A stretch of DNA of 64,000 nucleotides from Chitinophaga pinensis (lineage in GTDB: Bacteria; Bacteroidota; Bacteroidia; Chitinophagales; CAMDFR01), in assembly GCA_945860705.1 (NCBI GenBank), contig CAMART010000001.1:119486-183485 (forward strand), in the 5' to 3' direction. Made by a program: the position numbers and the translations under genes. Positions within the stretch are counted from its first letter, which is position 1. The number at the start of each line of letters is the position of its first letter. Below the pieces are notes generated by a model, which was not told where the DNA came from, ran no database searches, and was given only the letters and a program-made list of their open reading frames with translations. This document shows, piece by piece, positions 36,908-46,519 of the stretch.

Positions 36908-38641
36908 ATGAAGCTTTCTGTAGAAGAGCTAGTAAATAAAGACCCACAAGCCGCTCTTGAAAAAAGTGAGGAGTATATTTTGCTTTCTAAAAAATATTTA
37001 GCTCAAGAACATTTAGCTAATTTTTTATACTTATATGCCGCTCTACATTATCTAACAGGTAAAAATAGTGACGCACTTGAATATAGTAAAATGGCTATAA
37101 AATTTACTAAAAACATTGAGCTGAATCACAAAATACATATCTTACTAGGTGCAATTTACACTTATTTTGGGGAGTTTGATAAAGCACTTGAGGTATATGA
37201 TTTTGCCATAAAGACTAATAATAACTCTTCTACTTCTACTGTTTATAATAATATAGCGGCTATATATTTTAAACAAAAAAACTATAATGAAGCTATTCAA
37301 TATTTAAATAAAGCATTGGAACTTTCAGATGGAAATATTTCATTAATTTTATTAATACTAAACAATATTGGAAGAGCTTATATAGAGCTTAAAGATCTTG
37401 AAAATGCTGAACCTATTTTACTAAAAGTTATAGAAATACTTAATGAGACTGAAAACCCTACTCAAGAAATGATAAACAGTCTAAATATCGGCTTACTCTA
37501 TTATGAACAAGAGCGATATCCAGAAGCCTATTCAAAATTATTTGATGCTTATGTAAAATGTAAAGAGCTTGATTTAAAAAATAATTTGTACTCAGCTACT
37601 TTATTTCTTGCACATGCATGTACTAAAAATAATAAACAAGACCAAGCAAATGCCTATTATCTAGAAACACTAGATTTGATGCGCAATTTAGATAATAGAT
37701 TGTATATAGATGCTCTTAAGTCTTATCTTGATTTTTTAGTTCAACAACAAGATTTTGAACGATGTACTACCTTTTTTATTGAATATACAGAGCTCAAAGA
37801 ACTAATAATAAGAGAAGATAAGGAAAAAGAAATTAGTGCTTTGACTGTAAAATTTCAAAATACGGAGCAAAAACTAGAAATAGACAAACTCAATAAAGAA
37901 AAAGAATTTCAAAAACAACTCCTTGCTCAGGCGGAAGAGGTAAAACGAACTAATGAAAAACTTTTAGAAATCAATCAAAATCTATCTGATTTTTCTTATG
38001 CACTTAGCCATGATATCCGCACTCCTATTCGTCAGCTAGCTGGTTTTGGTTCTATGATCAAAAACAAAAATTATGCTGGTAAAGAGGAACTACTCAAACA
38101 AGACTTAAACTATATATATGATGCTGCTAAGAAGGCTGATACTATGATACAAGAATTGCACAAATTTGCTCTAGTGGGTATACAAGAAGATAAATTTATT
38201 GATATTGATACCAATGACGCTCTTAAAGATGCTATAGGCAATCTTTCATCGCTTATTGCAGACAGTCAAGCCCAAATAGATATATTGCATCCACTTCCTA
38301 TATTAAAAGGCGAAAAAACGCTTATCACTCAGCTCTTTCAAAACCTATTAGGCAATGCCATAAAATACATACAAAAAGAAATTACACCTAGAATAGAAAT
38401 AGATTATCAACTTATAAATGATAAAAAACAAATCACCATTAAAGATAATGGGATAGGAATTCCAGTCAATGAACAGAAAGATGTTTTTAAATTATTCTCT
38501 AGAGCAACAAATAGTGGTGGGATAGAAGGGACTGGTATTGGGCTGAGCTTTTGCCACAAAATAATAAGCAAGATGCATGCGCACATACATCTTGCTTCTG
38601 AAGGTACCAACTTAGGTACTACTGTAATTTTAGAATTTTAA
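36908..38641 (+). CDS. TPR-repeat sensor histidine kinase (cytoplasmic, orphan)
   Basis: 577 aa. N-terminal TPR-like repeats, a coiled coil, H-box 'SHDIRTPIRQL', N-box 'LLGNAIKY' and G-box 'GTGIGLSF'. There is no adjacent response regulator. Confidence 0.8.
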   Translation: MKLSVEELVNKDPQAALEKSEEYILLSKKYLAQEHLANFLYLYAALHYLTGKNSDALEYSKMAIKFTKNIELNHKIHILLGAIYTYFGEFDKALEVYDFAIKTNNNSSTSTVYNNIAAIYFKQKNYNEAIQYLNKALELSDGNISLILLILNNIGRAYIELKDLENAEPILLKVIEILNETENPTQEMINSLNIGLLYYEQERYPEAYSKLFDAYVKCKELDLKNNLYSATLFLAHACTKNNKQDQANAYYLETLDLMRNLDNRLYIDALKSYLDFLVQQQDFERCTTFFIEYTELKELIIREDKEKEISALTVKFQNTEQKLEIDKLNKEKEFQKQLLAQAEEVKRTNEKLLEINQNLSDFSYALSHDIRTPIRQLAGFGSMIKNKNYAGKEELLKQDLNYIYDAAKKADTMIQELHKFALVGIQEDKFIDIDTNDALKDAIGNLSSLIADSQAQIDILHPLPILKGEKTLITQLFQNLLGNAIKYIQKEITPRIEIDYQLINDKKQITIKDNGIGIPVNEQKDVFKLFSRATNSGGIEGTGIGLSFCHKIISKMHAHIHLASEGTNLGTTVILEF

Positions 38642-38643
38642 TC

Positions 38644-38772
38644 CTATTTTTCAGTATTTGAAGAAAGTGATACAGAAGTAAAACTAACTCCTACTGTTAT
38701 ATCTTTACCACCTTTAATTGCGTTAGAATTAGATACTGTCTTAAGATTTTTTAATAAGTTTAATGTTGTCAT
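38644..38772 (-). CDS. Candidate small peptide with double-glycine-type leader (42 aa; not in the supplied ORF track)
   Basis: My own translation gives MTTLNLLKNLKTVSNSNAIKGG|KDITVGVSFTSVSLSSNTEK*. It has an ATG start and lies 38 nt downstream of the Omp28-like gene on the same strand. The leader matches the GG consensus only partly (Ile at -4, GG). Confidence 0.3.
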   Translation of the reverse strand: MTTLNLLKNLKTVSNSNAIKGGKDITVGVSFTSVSLSSNTEK

Positions 38773-38810
38773 TTGTTAGATAGTTTTAAGTTTGGTTTAT
38801 AGATATACAA

Positions 38811-39680
38811 TTACTTAAGACTTATCTCGCTTGCTTGAAGTATTTCGTAAGATGTACCTGTCCTATGAATAAATGCTACGACATGCATATCATCTGCATG
38901 CCACTCATGGTCTATTTTTAGTCTATATTGTTTAATAAATACTCTACCTGGAGTAATACTAGCCGTTCCTAATGAAGTACCTTCTATATCTGTAGTGATA
39001 TCTCTCATCACATCTTCATGTACATAATTGGTATCTACACTATTTGTAGGTAAAAGTTGAGCAGTTACTAGATCATTCTCTACTAGCATAATCGTAAATT
39101 TAAGTGGGTCGCTAAATGCTTGAGTAAAGTGAGCAGTAAAAGTAACTAAAGTAGTTGTATCACTTGCTCTAAAATCACTGGTAAGATTAATGTTTACAGG
39201 GCTAGTCAAAGCAAGTTGTTCATTTACTTTAGTCGTCCATTTTGTTTTGTCTAGTATTTTTGAAGCTTCTCCACTAAAAAGTTTTCTATCTATAGAGGCC
39301 GTAGGTTTTGATCCTACTGGTCCTATAAAATTTGAGATAGCTTGAGCATCATCGCTTGTGAGTTCGTGAAAACTAAAAGGGTAAGGCTCATCTAGAAATC
39401 TACTGTGCATAGCAAGCGTCACTACTCTGCCTGGATTGGCGTTTTTTATTGTTTTTGCTTCTACATGTCCTGGGGCACAGTTGATGCATCTCACACCTGT
39501 AAACTCTTCTATCACCACTACTTTGGGTGTTGTCGCTTCTATACTTGAAGCAATATATGTAGTATCAAGCAATGCTACTTCTGCTGTAGATTTAGTAAGC
39601 ACATCTACTTCACAACAAGAGTTGGTAATAAAAATTACTAAACTTGATAAGGCTATTAGACTAAAAATTTTTGTTTTCAT
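38811..39680 (-). CDS. Omp28-related outer membrane lipoprotein (thioredoxin-fold-like, CxxC)
   Basis: 289 aa; lipoprotein signal 'ITNSC'; 'VIEEFTGVRCINCAPGH' is the signature I associate with Omp28-related proteins. Confidence 0.6.
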   Translation of the reverse strand: MKTKIFSLIALSSLVIFITNSCCEVDVLTKSTAEVALLDTTYIASSIEATTPKVVVIEEFTGVRCINCAPGHVEAKTIKNANPGRVVTLAMHSRFLDEPYPFSFHELTSDDAQAISNFIGPVGSKPTASIDRKLFSGEASKILDKTKWTTKVNEQLALTSPVNINLTSDFRASDTTTLVTFTAHFTQAFSDPLKFTIMLVENDLVTAQLLPTNSVDTNYVHEDVMRDITTDIEGTSLGTASITPGRVFIKQYRLKIDHEWHADDMHVVAFIHRTGTSYEILQASEISLK

Positions 39681-39703
39681 GATATTAAAATTTATGTTTT
39701 GTA

Positions 39704-41341
39704 TTAAAAACTTGTATTCAATGTAAGACGCACCCCACTAAAAGCGGGCTCAAATCTACAAACACCACCTGTACAAACGATACCTGATACTTGTCTAACA
39801 TATGCTGCAGTGATACGATGCTGTTTAAAATTATAAGACGAGAAAAATGAATAATAGTGGCGTGGATTTGATTTTTGTGGATCTTTATTTACTGGATTTG
39901 CTTTAAAATTCCACATATCGCTTATACTAATAGTAAAATTAGGAGCAAGAGTATATTCTAACAAACCAAAAATCCACTGACCAAAATCGTTTTTACAATT
40001 TTGATATTGGAGTTCAGCTCTAAGCGAGCTTTTTTTGGTGATTTTGTAGCTTCCTTCAGCAAATACAGTATAAATATTTACAAACGGTTTATAGTTGCCA
40101 TTGATATCTCTACTTTCACGGAGATAAAGCTCTTGATTGAATCTTACAAACTGAGCTCCTATAGCACCATTAAATTTTTTACCTTTTTTATATTCATACT
40201 CAGCAAACACTTCATAGAAGAAATTTCTTTTTAGTTTATTGTCATAGATTGCAGATAGACTCATTACCAAATTGTGTCCTTTTTTGGGAGTAGTAGAAAA
40301 GTCTAATGCAAAAGCAGATTCTTGTTGCTCTTGTGTAGCAGCATTATATCTTGCTGGAAGTCTAAGTGAATTTTGACGTGCAGTAGGAGGTATAAAACTC
40401 ACCATACCTCTTAATAATGTTTCGTTAGGAGAGGTTCTCAACTGAAAATTTTCAGTACGTTTGAATGCTGCTGTGATTCCTAAACCTTTTTTGGCATAAG
40501 TAAGCGTAGTGTAAACACAAGTACCCGATTTGTTTTCGAGATAGTCGCTTACTTTTATTCCTTCTCTTGATTTGATAGCTCCTTCTACATACCAGCTAAA
40601 CTTGCCTACATTCAAAGTATTATATACTGTAAAAGCATAAACATTATACTTTGGAGAGAAAAACAAATTGCTATCTGTAGCAGATTGAGATAATATAGCA
40701 TCTGCAGTGATATTGATAGATTCTTTATCGAGAGTTCTATTCATAGCTGCTACACCGGGTATCAAATTTACTTTGTCTTTGATAGAGAAATTGCCTTCAA
40801 TACTTGCTCCTTTTATTAGTGGTTTGAATAATTCAAACCTGTTTTTTTGTACGCCAGAAAAAGCTTTGATCTGTACTTTGTCTTTGATATTATATTTGAG
40901 TCTTGCACCAAGTATAGAATTATCTATACCTAAAGCTCTATCTTCATAAGCTCTGAAAATAATACCTGTACCTAGTTGGTCATAAAAATAACCTCCAGTG
41001 ATTTCTAGGTCACGTATTTCTTTTTTGATATAAAACATACCAAGTCCATAACCAGAAAAAGCGGTGCCCGGATTATGAAGGTTGGAGTTTTGAAATAAAT
41101 CTATACGAACTCCTGTGCTAAGTTTCCAGTCGTTATTGGTATAGTTCAGACCTATCCAGGCATCAGCTCCAGACTTGAGGTAATCATAATGAGGAGTATT
41201 TGCTGCACCTATCAGCGTATCTCTTACATAAAAATCTGCATTGAGTTGTAAGTCTCCACTAAAGTATCCCTGTGCTGAAAGATTTGTACTTATACTAAAA
41301 AATAAAAAAACGCAAAAAAGTAGTGGTTTATTATTGAACAT
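39704..41341 (-). CDS. Putative outer-membrane beta-barrel protein (DUF6029-like)
   Basis: 545 aa; signal peptide; alternating beta-strand pattern rich in Y/F/G/N; terminal aromatic '...LTLNTSF'. Confidence 0.5.
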   Translation of the reverse strand: MFNNKPLLFCVFLFFSISTNLSAQGYFSGDLQLNADFYVRDTLIGAANTPHYDYLKSGADAWIGLNYTNNDWKLSTGVRIDLFQNSNLHNPGTAFSGYGLGMFYIKKEIRDLEITGGYFYDQLGTGIIFRAYEDRALGIDNSILGARLKYNIKDKVQIKAFSGVQKNRFELFKPLIKGASIEGNFSIKDKVNLIPGVAAMNRTLDKESINITADAILSQSATDSNLFFSPKYNVYAFTVYNTLNVGKFSWYVEGAIKSREGIKVSDYLENKSGTCVYTTLTYAKKGLGITAAFKRTENFQLRTSPNETLLRGMVSFIPPTARQNSLRLPARYNAATQEQQESAFALDFSTTPKKGHNLVMSLSAIYDNKLKRNFFYEVFAEYEYKKGKKFNGAIGAQFVRFNQELYLRESRDINGNYKPFVNIYTVFAEGSYKITKKSSLRAELQYQNCKNDFGQWIFGLLEYTLAPNFTISISDMWNFKANPVNKDPQKSNPRHYYSFFSSYNFKQHRITAAYVRQVSGIVCTGGVCRFEPAFSGVRLTLNTSF

Positions 41342-41383
41342 AAAAGGAATCGGTTTAGTTTAGTGATAAGTACAGTACAAAAA

Positions 41384-41417
41384 TAAAAAAAACTCCTTAT
41401 TTATAAGGAGTTTTTTT
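41384..41417 (-). terminator. Rho-independent terminator (bidirectional-looking)
   Basis: AAAAAAAACTCCTTA / TAAGGAGTTTTTTT; lies between the T9SS-CTD gene and the beta-barrel gene. Confidence 0.75.
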
Positions 41418-41441
41418 ATATAGTATAACAAAAGGAAAGAA

Positions 41442-42128
41442 TTAATTTTTAGAAAATTCTTTTACATATGTTTTATTGTTGCCCAAATCATTAATCACCG
41501 CATAGTAGTTTCCTGTTGATAATTTTGATACATTATATGAAAATCCTTTTAGATTTTCAATATTAAGTTCTTCAATTTTTTTACCTGAATTATCAAATAT
41601 AGTTAATGATGAGTTTTGTATAGCAGCATCAAACATAATTATATCTGTAGTAGGATTTGGATATAGTTGAATAAGTCTATCAGATTCTATAGGGTCAGCT
41701 ATAGAAGTGCAATATGCTTTTCCAATAAAATATAAAGGCGTTTTATTTCTAATATCGTCTGAAGGCGATACGTTTACTTTTACAAAACCATCTCCACAAG
41801 TATTTGAAGTAGAAAAATCGACTCTAAATAATACTTGAGAATCCACACCAATTTCAAACGAATCGGTGAATCCTACGAAAATATTATTGCAAAGTCCTGG
41901 AAAAGTACACAAAGCATTTGACCAAGCGCTAGGAGTGTTAATGGTTTCTACAGACCATACGAATTTTTTAACAATGCCAGTTGTATTTGTACCATAAACA
42001 TGTAATTCCATAATATGGGCAGAGGAAGTAACGCCATCTGACTTAGTAGTATCTCTTTCGAATGTTATTTGAGCAAAAGATATATAACTGCAAAGTATGC
42101 AAGATAAAAAGAGTACAAGTTTTTTCAT
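41442..42128 (-). CDS. Hypothetical secreted protein with T9SS C-terminal sorting domain
   Basis: 228 aa; signal peptide; C-terminal 'LYPNPTTDIIMFD...YYAVINDLGNNKTYVKEFSK'. Confidence 0.6.
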   Translation of the reverse strand: MKKLVLFLSCILCSYISFAQITFERDTTKSDGVTSSAHIMELHVYGTNTTGIVKKFVWSVETINTPSAWSNALCTFPGLCNNIFVGFTDSFEIGVDSQVLFRVDFSTSNTCGDGFVKVNVSPSDDIRNKTPLYFIGKAYCTSIADPIESDRLIQLYPNPTTDIIMFDAAIQNSSLTIFDNSGKKIEELNIENLKGFSYNVSKLSTGNYYAVINDLGNNKTYVKEFSKN

Positions 42129-42211
42129 TTGTATATATTTTAATTTATAAGTAAAGATAACTATTTTTTACATAACAAAAATGTAGTAAATGTTAAAAAA
42201 TCAATATTTTC

Positions 42212-43276
42212 TTATCTTGGATTTGAATAAGCTGGGTTAGTAATAAAGCTATAATCATCTAAAGTTTTTATAAAGGCTAATAAGTCTTCTATATCTTGAT
42301 TTGACAAAGATCCTTTATTAGAAAATAATGGCCTTAGATGTGGGTCAATATTTGAATGATTATTATTGATGTCATTATTATAAAAATTGATTACTTCTCT
42401 CATAGTTTTAAATTTACCGTTGTGCATATACGGTGGGGTAAATGAGGAGTTTCGTATGCTAGGAGTTTTAAATTTGCCAATATCTTCATTCAAATGTGTA
42501 ATATTGTATAGTCCACTGTCACTTATCCCTTTTTCAAGTCCTATATTGGCAAAATGATTGATTCTTCCTAAAGGAAGTGTGTGACAAGAATTACATGTAC
42601 CTTTTCTTAAGTATATCTCTAGACCTCTCAATTCGGATATAGTCAATACACTAGAATCCTTATTTAAATTATACTTATCAAATTTAGAATTAAATGAGAC
42701 CATGCTTCTTTCAAACTGAGCGATAGCTTTGAGAATCATATTACTATCAATTATGCCACTTCCAAATGCTTGATAAAACATATATGGATATCGGTTATCG
42801 TTTTGCAATTGTTCAATAATGGAATTCCAGTTTCCATTCATTTCACCTGGGCTAGTTATCGGGTCATGTGCTTGAGATTCTAAAGATTTTCTTCTTCCAT
42901 CCCAGAAAAAATCTTTATCCCATGCTGCATTAAATACTTGAGGGCTATTTCTTGAGGTAAGTGTAGTATTAAATCCAGTACTGAATTGTTTATTGTCACC
43001 AAATGCGAATTGTTGTTGATGACAGTTGGCGCACGATATAGAATTGTTGCCTGATAATCTTGTATCATAAAATAATTTTCTACCAAGTTCTATTCCTTCA
43101 TAGGTGATTGGGTTTCCAAAAGGAGATGTTAAAGGTCCTATACTTTTAGCTGTATCAATATATATAGGTAATATAGCGGAAAATGGCTTAGGAATATATT
43201 TATAACTATCTTCTTTGCAAGAAAATAGAAATATGCAAAAAACTATGATAATTAATATGTAATATTTTTTATACAC
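42212..43276 (-). CDS. Di-haem cytochrome c peroxidase (CCP/MauG family)
   Basis: 354 aa; two CxxCH haem motifs 'CANCHQ' and 'CNSCHT'; 'PSIRNSSFTPPYMHNG' family signature. Confidence 0.85.
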   Translation of the reverse strand: MYKKYYILIIIVFCIFLFSCKEDSYKYIPKPFSAILPIYIDTAKSIGPLTSPFGNPITYEGIELGRKLFYDTRLSGNNSISCANCHQQQFAFGDNKQFSTGFNTTLTSRNSPQVFNAAWDKDFFWDGRRKSLESQAHDPITSPGEMNGNWNSIIEQLQNDNRYPYMFYQAFGSGIIDSNMILKAIAQFERSMVSFNSKFDKYNLNKDSSVLTISELRGLEIYLRKGTCNSCHTLPLGRINHFANIGLEKGISDSGLYNITHLNEDIGKFKTPSIRNSSFTPPYMHNGKFKTMREVINFYNNDINNNHSNIDPHLRPLFSNKGSLSNQDIEDLLAFIKTLDDYSFITNPAYSNPR

Positions 43277-43311
43277 CTTCTATAGAAATATTGTATGTAA
43301 AGTTAATAAAA

Positions 43312-43341
43312 AAAGCCATCTTAGAAAACTAAGATGGCTTT
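43312..43341 (-). terminator. Rho-independent terminator
   Basis: 13-bp perfect stem AAAGCCATCTTAG-AAAA-CTAAGATGGCTTT followed by a T-run on the minus strand. Confidence 0.8.
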
Positions 43342-43363
43342 GTATAATTATTAATATTAATTT

Positions 43364-45289
43364 TTAGTGATTAACAACTAAAGATTTAGAAATGTTTACA
43401 TTGTTACCAGAAACAATAACGTTATATGCACCATTAGCAAATGCTGCAGTATTGATTGTCATGTTGTGGTTTCCACTAGTATAAATACCAGTTTCTTGTT
43501 CTACAACCTGACCTTTAGCATCTACTATTTTCACAGTAAGTTCTTGCTCGCCAGATACTACAAATGAAAGATTTGCAGATGTAGAAGCTGGATTTGGATA
43601 GATAGATACTTCCATATCTTTTACTGTAGGATTTTCAACACCCACACCAAATACTTTAGCTAAATTAGCTGCTTGAAGTACAACTTTGTCACCTCCGTTG
43701 AATTGTAACCAAGCTACAACATAACAATCATCAATGTTTTCAACTGAATTTTCAGTAGCATGATTGATACGATTTGCTGCTTGACCATTTGTAGGTAATC
43801 TAAAGCTTCCGTTGAATGTATATGTAGTATTGAATGTAAGTGCTGTGCCTGCTGTAGTAGCCGCTACTGGTGTACCTGCATCTGAAGGTAGCATTTTTTT
43901 CATTACTTGTTCAAATTCTGTTTCGCCATTTGATTTTACATTTTGTGTTGTAATACCTTCTACTATTGCTACATATAAAGTAGCATCAGAAGCAGTAAGA
44001 TTTACTTGTGGAGTATAGTTGATATTTATATCAAAAGATTTAGTAGCATCATTTCTAGCATAAGTACCATTCATAGTAGCAAATGCAGAAACATTTCTTG
44101 CTGCATCATAAAGTGCATTTGTAAATGAAGCTGCGTTATTATCCCATCCTCCATCTATTTCCATGCGTGGTATAGAATTGATAGAATAAAATCCTCTTCT
44201 ATCTACAGACTCATTAGTAGCATACGGATCGCCAGTACCTGGAAAATCTTGTTGATATTTAATAGCAACAAATTCTGTTTGATCTTTAGGATCTACTATT
44301 GAATGGAAGTTTGTATTACCTGGTGCACAAGGACCACATGTAGAAGAAGTAAAGATTTCAAATAATGGTGTACGAGCTATTATAGGACTTGGAAAAGTAA
44401 AAGTGTTTTGAGATATAGTATTATTTGTTAATACCGCATCTGCAGCACCATTTACATTACCAATAGTCATACTTACTGCATAAGCAGTACCGTTTGCTGG
44501 AGTCCATGCTGTAGGATGACTAACTACTGCTGAAGTGAAAGGTAAAATATTTAATCCTGAAACTAATGCACTTACTGGAGTACCTCCATTAATAGTATAA
44601 GACATGTTTAAAGTATTGATAGCAGCACTACCATTGTTATAAACATTTGTTCCTATATTTAATGCTGTACCTCCTGTCATTGTAGTAGTTACATTTGAAA
44701 AACTTTGAGCAACTGCATCTCTATCATCAGGAACTATTATTTTAATATCATCTATAATAAGATAGTATCCATCATCGGTATTGTTTACCCATGCAAGATA
44801 AATATTCATACCTCTGTATGCATTTAAGTTAATAGAGTGTACTACTCCTGCATCGCTTTCTGCTACTACTGAGAATACATTAGTAGTATAAGAAGCTCTA
44901 TTTGTATCTGTAGTTGATACTTTAACTTGATATCCGTCTGCATCAGCTCCGTCAAGTCCTGATACTCCTAACCATTGTAAATAAATTTCACCTGTAGCTG
45001 GAATTGTAATTTGAGGTGAATACATCCATCTGTCAGCTATTCCTACTGGATTGAACCATGATTCACTTATAGCGAATTTATTTGTTGTGCCGTATGATTG
45101 CCATGCATCTGCACCCATTGCTACTGGCACACCTGCGTTTAGTGTTCTACCATCCCAATTTTTTTGCCACCATCCTGATGGCATTCCTGGTACAGTTGCT
45201 GTACTAAAATCTTGAGAGGTAATTGTTGTTAAAGCCATTGCATTGAAGCCGATTAACAACGCAAATAAAGAGTAAAATAGTTTTTTCAT
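43364..45289 (-). CDS. Large surface protein: N-terminal choice-of-anchor-J-like region, Omp28-like CxxC module, T9SS C-terminal sorting domain
   Basis: 641 aa; signal peptide; 'LFEIFTSSTCGPCAPGN' repeats the Omp28-type motif; C-terminal 'IYPNPASTSANLSF...' is a T9SS CTD. Confidence 0.6.
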   Translation of the reverse strand: MKKLFYSLFALLIGFNAMALTTITSQDFSTATVPGMPSGWWQKNWDGRTLNAGVPVAMGADAWQSYGTTNKFAISESWFNPVGIADRWMYSPQITIPATGEIYLQWLGVSGLDGADADGYQVKVSTTDTNRASYTTNVFSVVAESDAGVVHSINLNAYRGMNIYLAWVNNTDDGYYLIIDDIKIIVPDDRDAVAQSFSNVTTTMTGGTALNIGTNVYNNGSAAINTLNMSYTINGGTPVSALVSGLNILPFTSAVVSHPTAWTPANGTAYAVSMTIGNVNGAADAVLTNNTISQNTFTFPSPIIARTPLFEIFTSSTCGPCAPGNTNFHSIVDPKDQTEFVAIKYQQDFPGTGDPYATNESVDRRGFYSINSIPRMEIDGGWDNNAASFTNALYDAARNVSAFATMNGTYARNDATKSFDININYTPQVNLTASDATLYVAIVEGITTQNVKSNGETEFEQVMKKMLPSDAGTPVAATTAGTALTFNTTYTFNGSFRLPTNGQAANRINHATENSVENIDDCYVVAWLQFNGGDKVVLQAANLAKVFGVGVENPTVKDMEVSIYPNPASTSANLSFVVSGEQELTVKIVDAKGQVVEQETGIYTSGNHNMTINTAAFANGAYNVIVSGNNVNISKSLVVNH

Positions 45290-45468
45290 CTTGATTTTTT
45301 GTTTAATAATTAAAATTTGGTTTGATAATATTTTTATAATTGTAATATAAAGTTATAACTATTTGAAGTATTTCAAAATATTTTATTTAAAATTTAACAA
45401 ATAACTAACCTAATGATTTATAATAAAGGATATATTAAACTAATTAACAGTTTGATAACTAATTGATA

Positions 45469-46143
45469 TTAAACACTAATTCCTGCAATACAAATTACCA
45501 TTTCGCCTTTTGCGGGGGTTTTTGTAAAATGCATTATTAATTCTGCAAGTGTTCCTCTTTTATGTTCTTCAAACATTTTAGAGATTTCTCTACTCACACA
45601 AGCTTTTCTATCAGCTCCTAATACTTGAGCAAATTGCTCTAGCGCTTTGACTAATCTATGAGGTGACTCATATAATACTATTGTTCTAGACTCTTCTTTT
45701 AGAGCTAGGATTCGGGTTTGTCTTCCTTTTTTTTGAGGCAAAAATCCTTCAAACACAAAGCGATCACATGGTAAGCCGGATGAAACTAAAGCGGGTACAA
45801 AAGCTGTAGCGCCAGGCAAGGTTTCTATTTCTATGTTTTTTTCTAAACAGGCTCTTGCTAAAAAAAAGCCAGGGTCGGAAATTCCTGGAGTGCCAGCATC
45901 AGAAACCAGTCCTACCTTTGTGCCACCTAATATTTGTTGCACTATTTTTTCAGTTGTCTGATGTTCATTATGCATATGATGAGATACAATGGGTTTGTTT
46001 ATCTCATAATGTTGAAGTAGCTTTTTTGTTTGACGAGTATCTTCTGCTAGAATCAAATCTACCTCTTTGAGCATGCGTAAGGCTCTAAAAGTAAGGTCTT
46101 CTAGATTGCCTATAGGTGTGGGTATGATGTATAGTTTACTCAA
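45469..46143 (-). CDS. rsmI: 16S rRNA (cytidine1402-2'-O)-methyltransferase
   Basis: 224 aa; 'LYIIPTPIGNLEDLTFRAL...ILAEDTR', 'SDAGTPGISDPG'. Confidence 0.9.
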   Translation of the reverse strand: MSKLYIIPTPIGNLEDLTFRALRMLKEVDLILAEDTRQTKKLLQHYEINKPIVSHHMHNEHQTTEKIVQQILGGTKVGLVSDAGTPGISDPGFFLARACLEKNIEIETLPGATAFVPALVSSGLPCDRFVFEGFLPQKKGRQTRILALKEESRTIVLYESPHRLVKALEQFAQVLGADRKACVSREISKMFEEHKRGTLAELIMHFTKTPAKGEMVICIAGISV

Positions 46144-46180
46144 AGTAATGTTAGATGATAAATTTTAAATGCTAAATGTT

Positions 46181-46198
46181 GTCACGCAAAGGCGTGAT
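46181..46198. repeat. Small G/C-rich palindrome TCACGC-AAAG-GCGTGA
   Basis: Read directly in the rsmI-purS intergenic region. Confidence 0.7.
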
Positions 46199-46264
46199 TG
46201 AATATTGAATAGCAAAACTCAAAAACACATATAAATCAATTTTACTTAATTTAAATAATAAAAA

Positions 46265-46516
46265 TTATGCTTGTTTAATATGGATGGTGTAGCCTTCCAT
46301 AATTGCATTTGCAAGCAGTTTTTTACAAGCTGTTTCTACTAGTTCTTTTGCTTGTGCTTCATCATTAGCTTCTAGTTTTAGAGTGATGTGTTTGCCTACT
46401 CGCACATCTTTCATCATAGAAAGTTCCATTTTTTGAAGTCCGTTAAGTACTGCTTTGCCTTGTGGGTCTAACAATTCCTTGTGTGGCATGATGTCTATTT
46501 CTGCTATATATTCCAT
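46265..46516 (-). CDS. purS: Phosphoribosylformylglycinamidine synthase subunit PurS
   Basis: 83 aa; 'DPQGKAV' motif and size typical of PurS. Confidence 0.85.
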   Translation of the reverse strand: MEYIAEIDIMPHKELLDPQGKAVLNGLQKMELSMMKDVRVGKHITLKLEANDEAQAKELVETACKKLLANAIMEGYTIHIKQA

Positions 46517-46519
46517 ATA

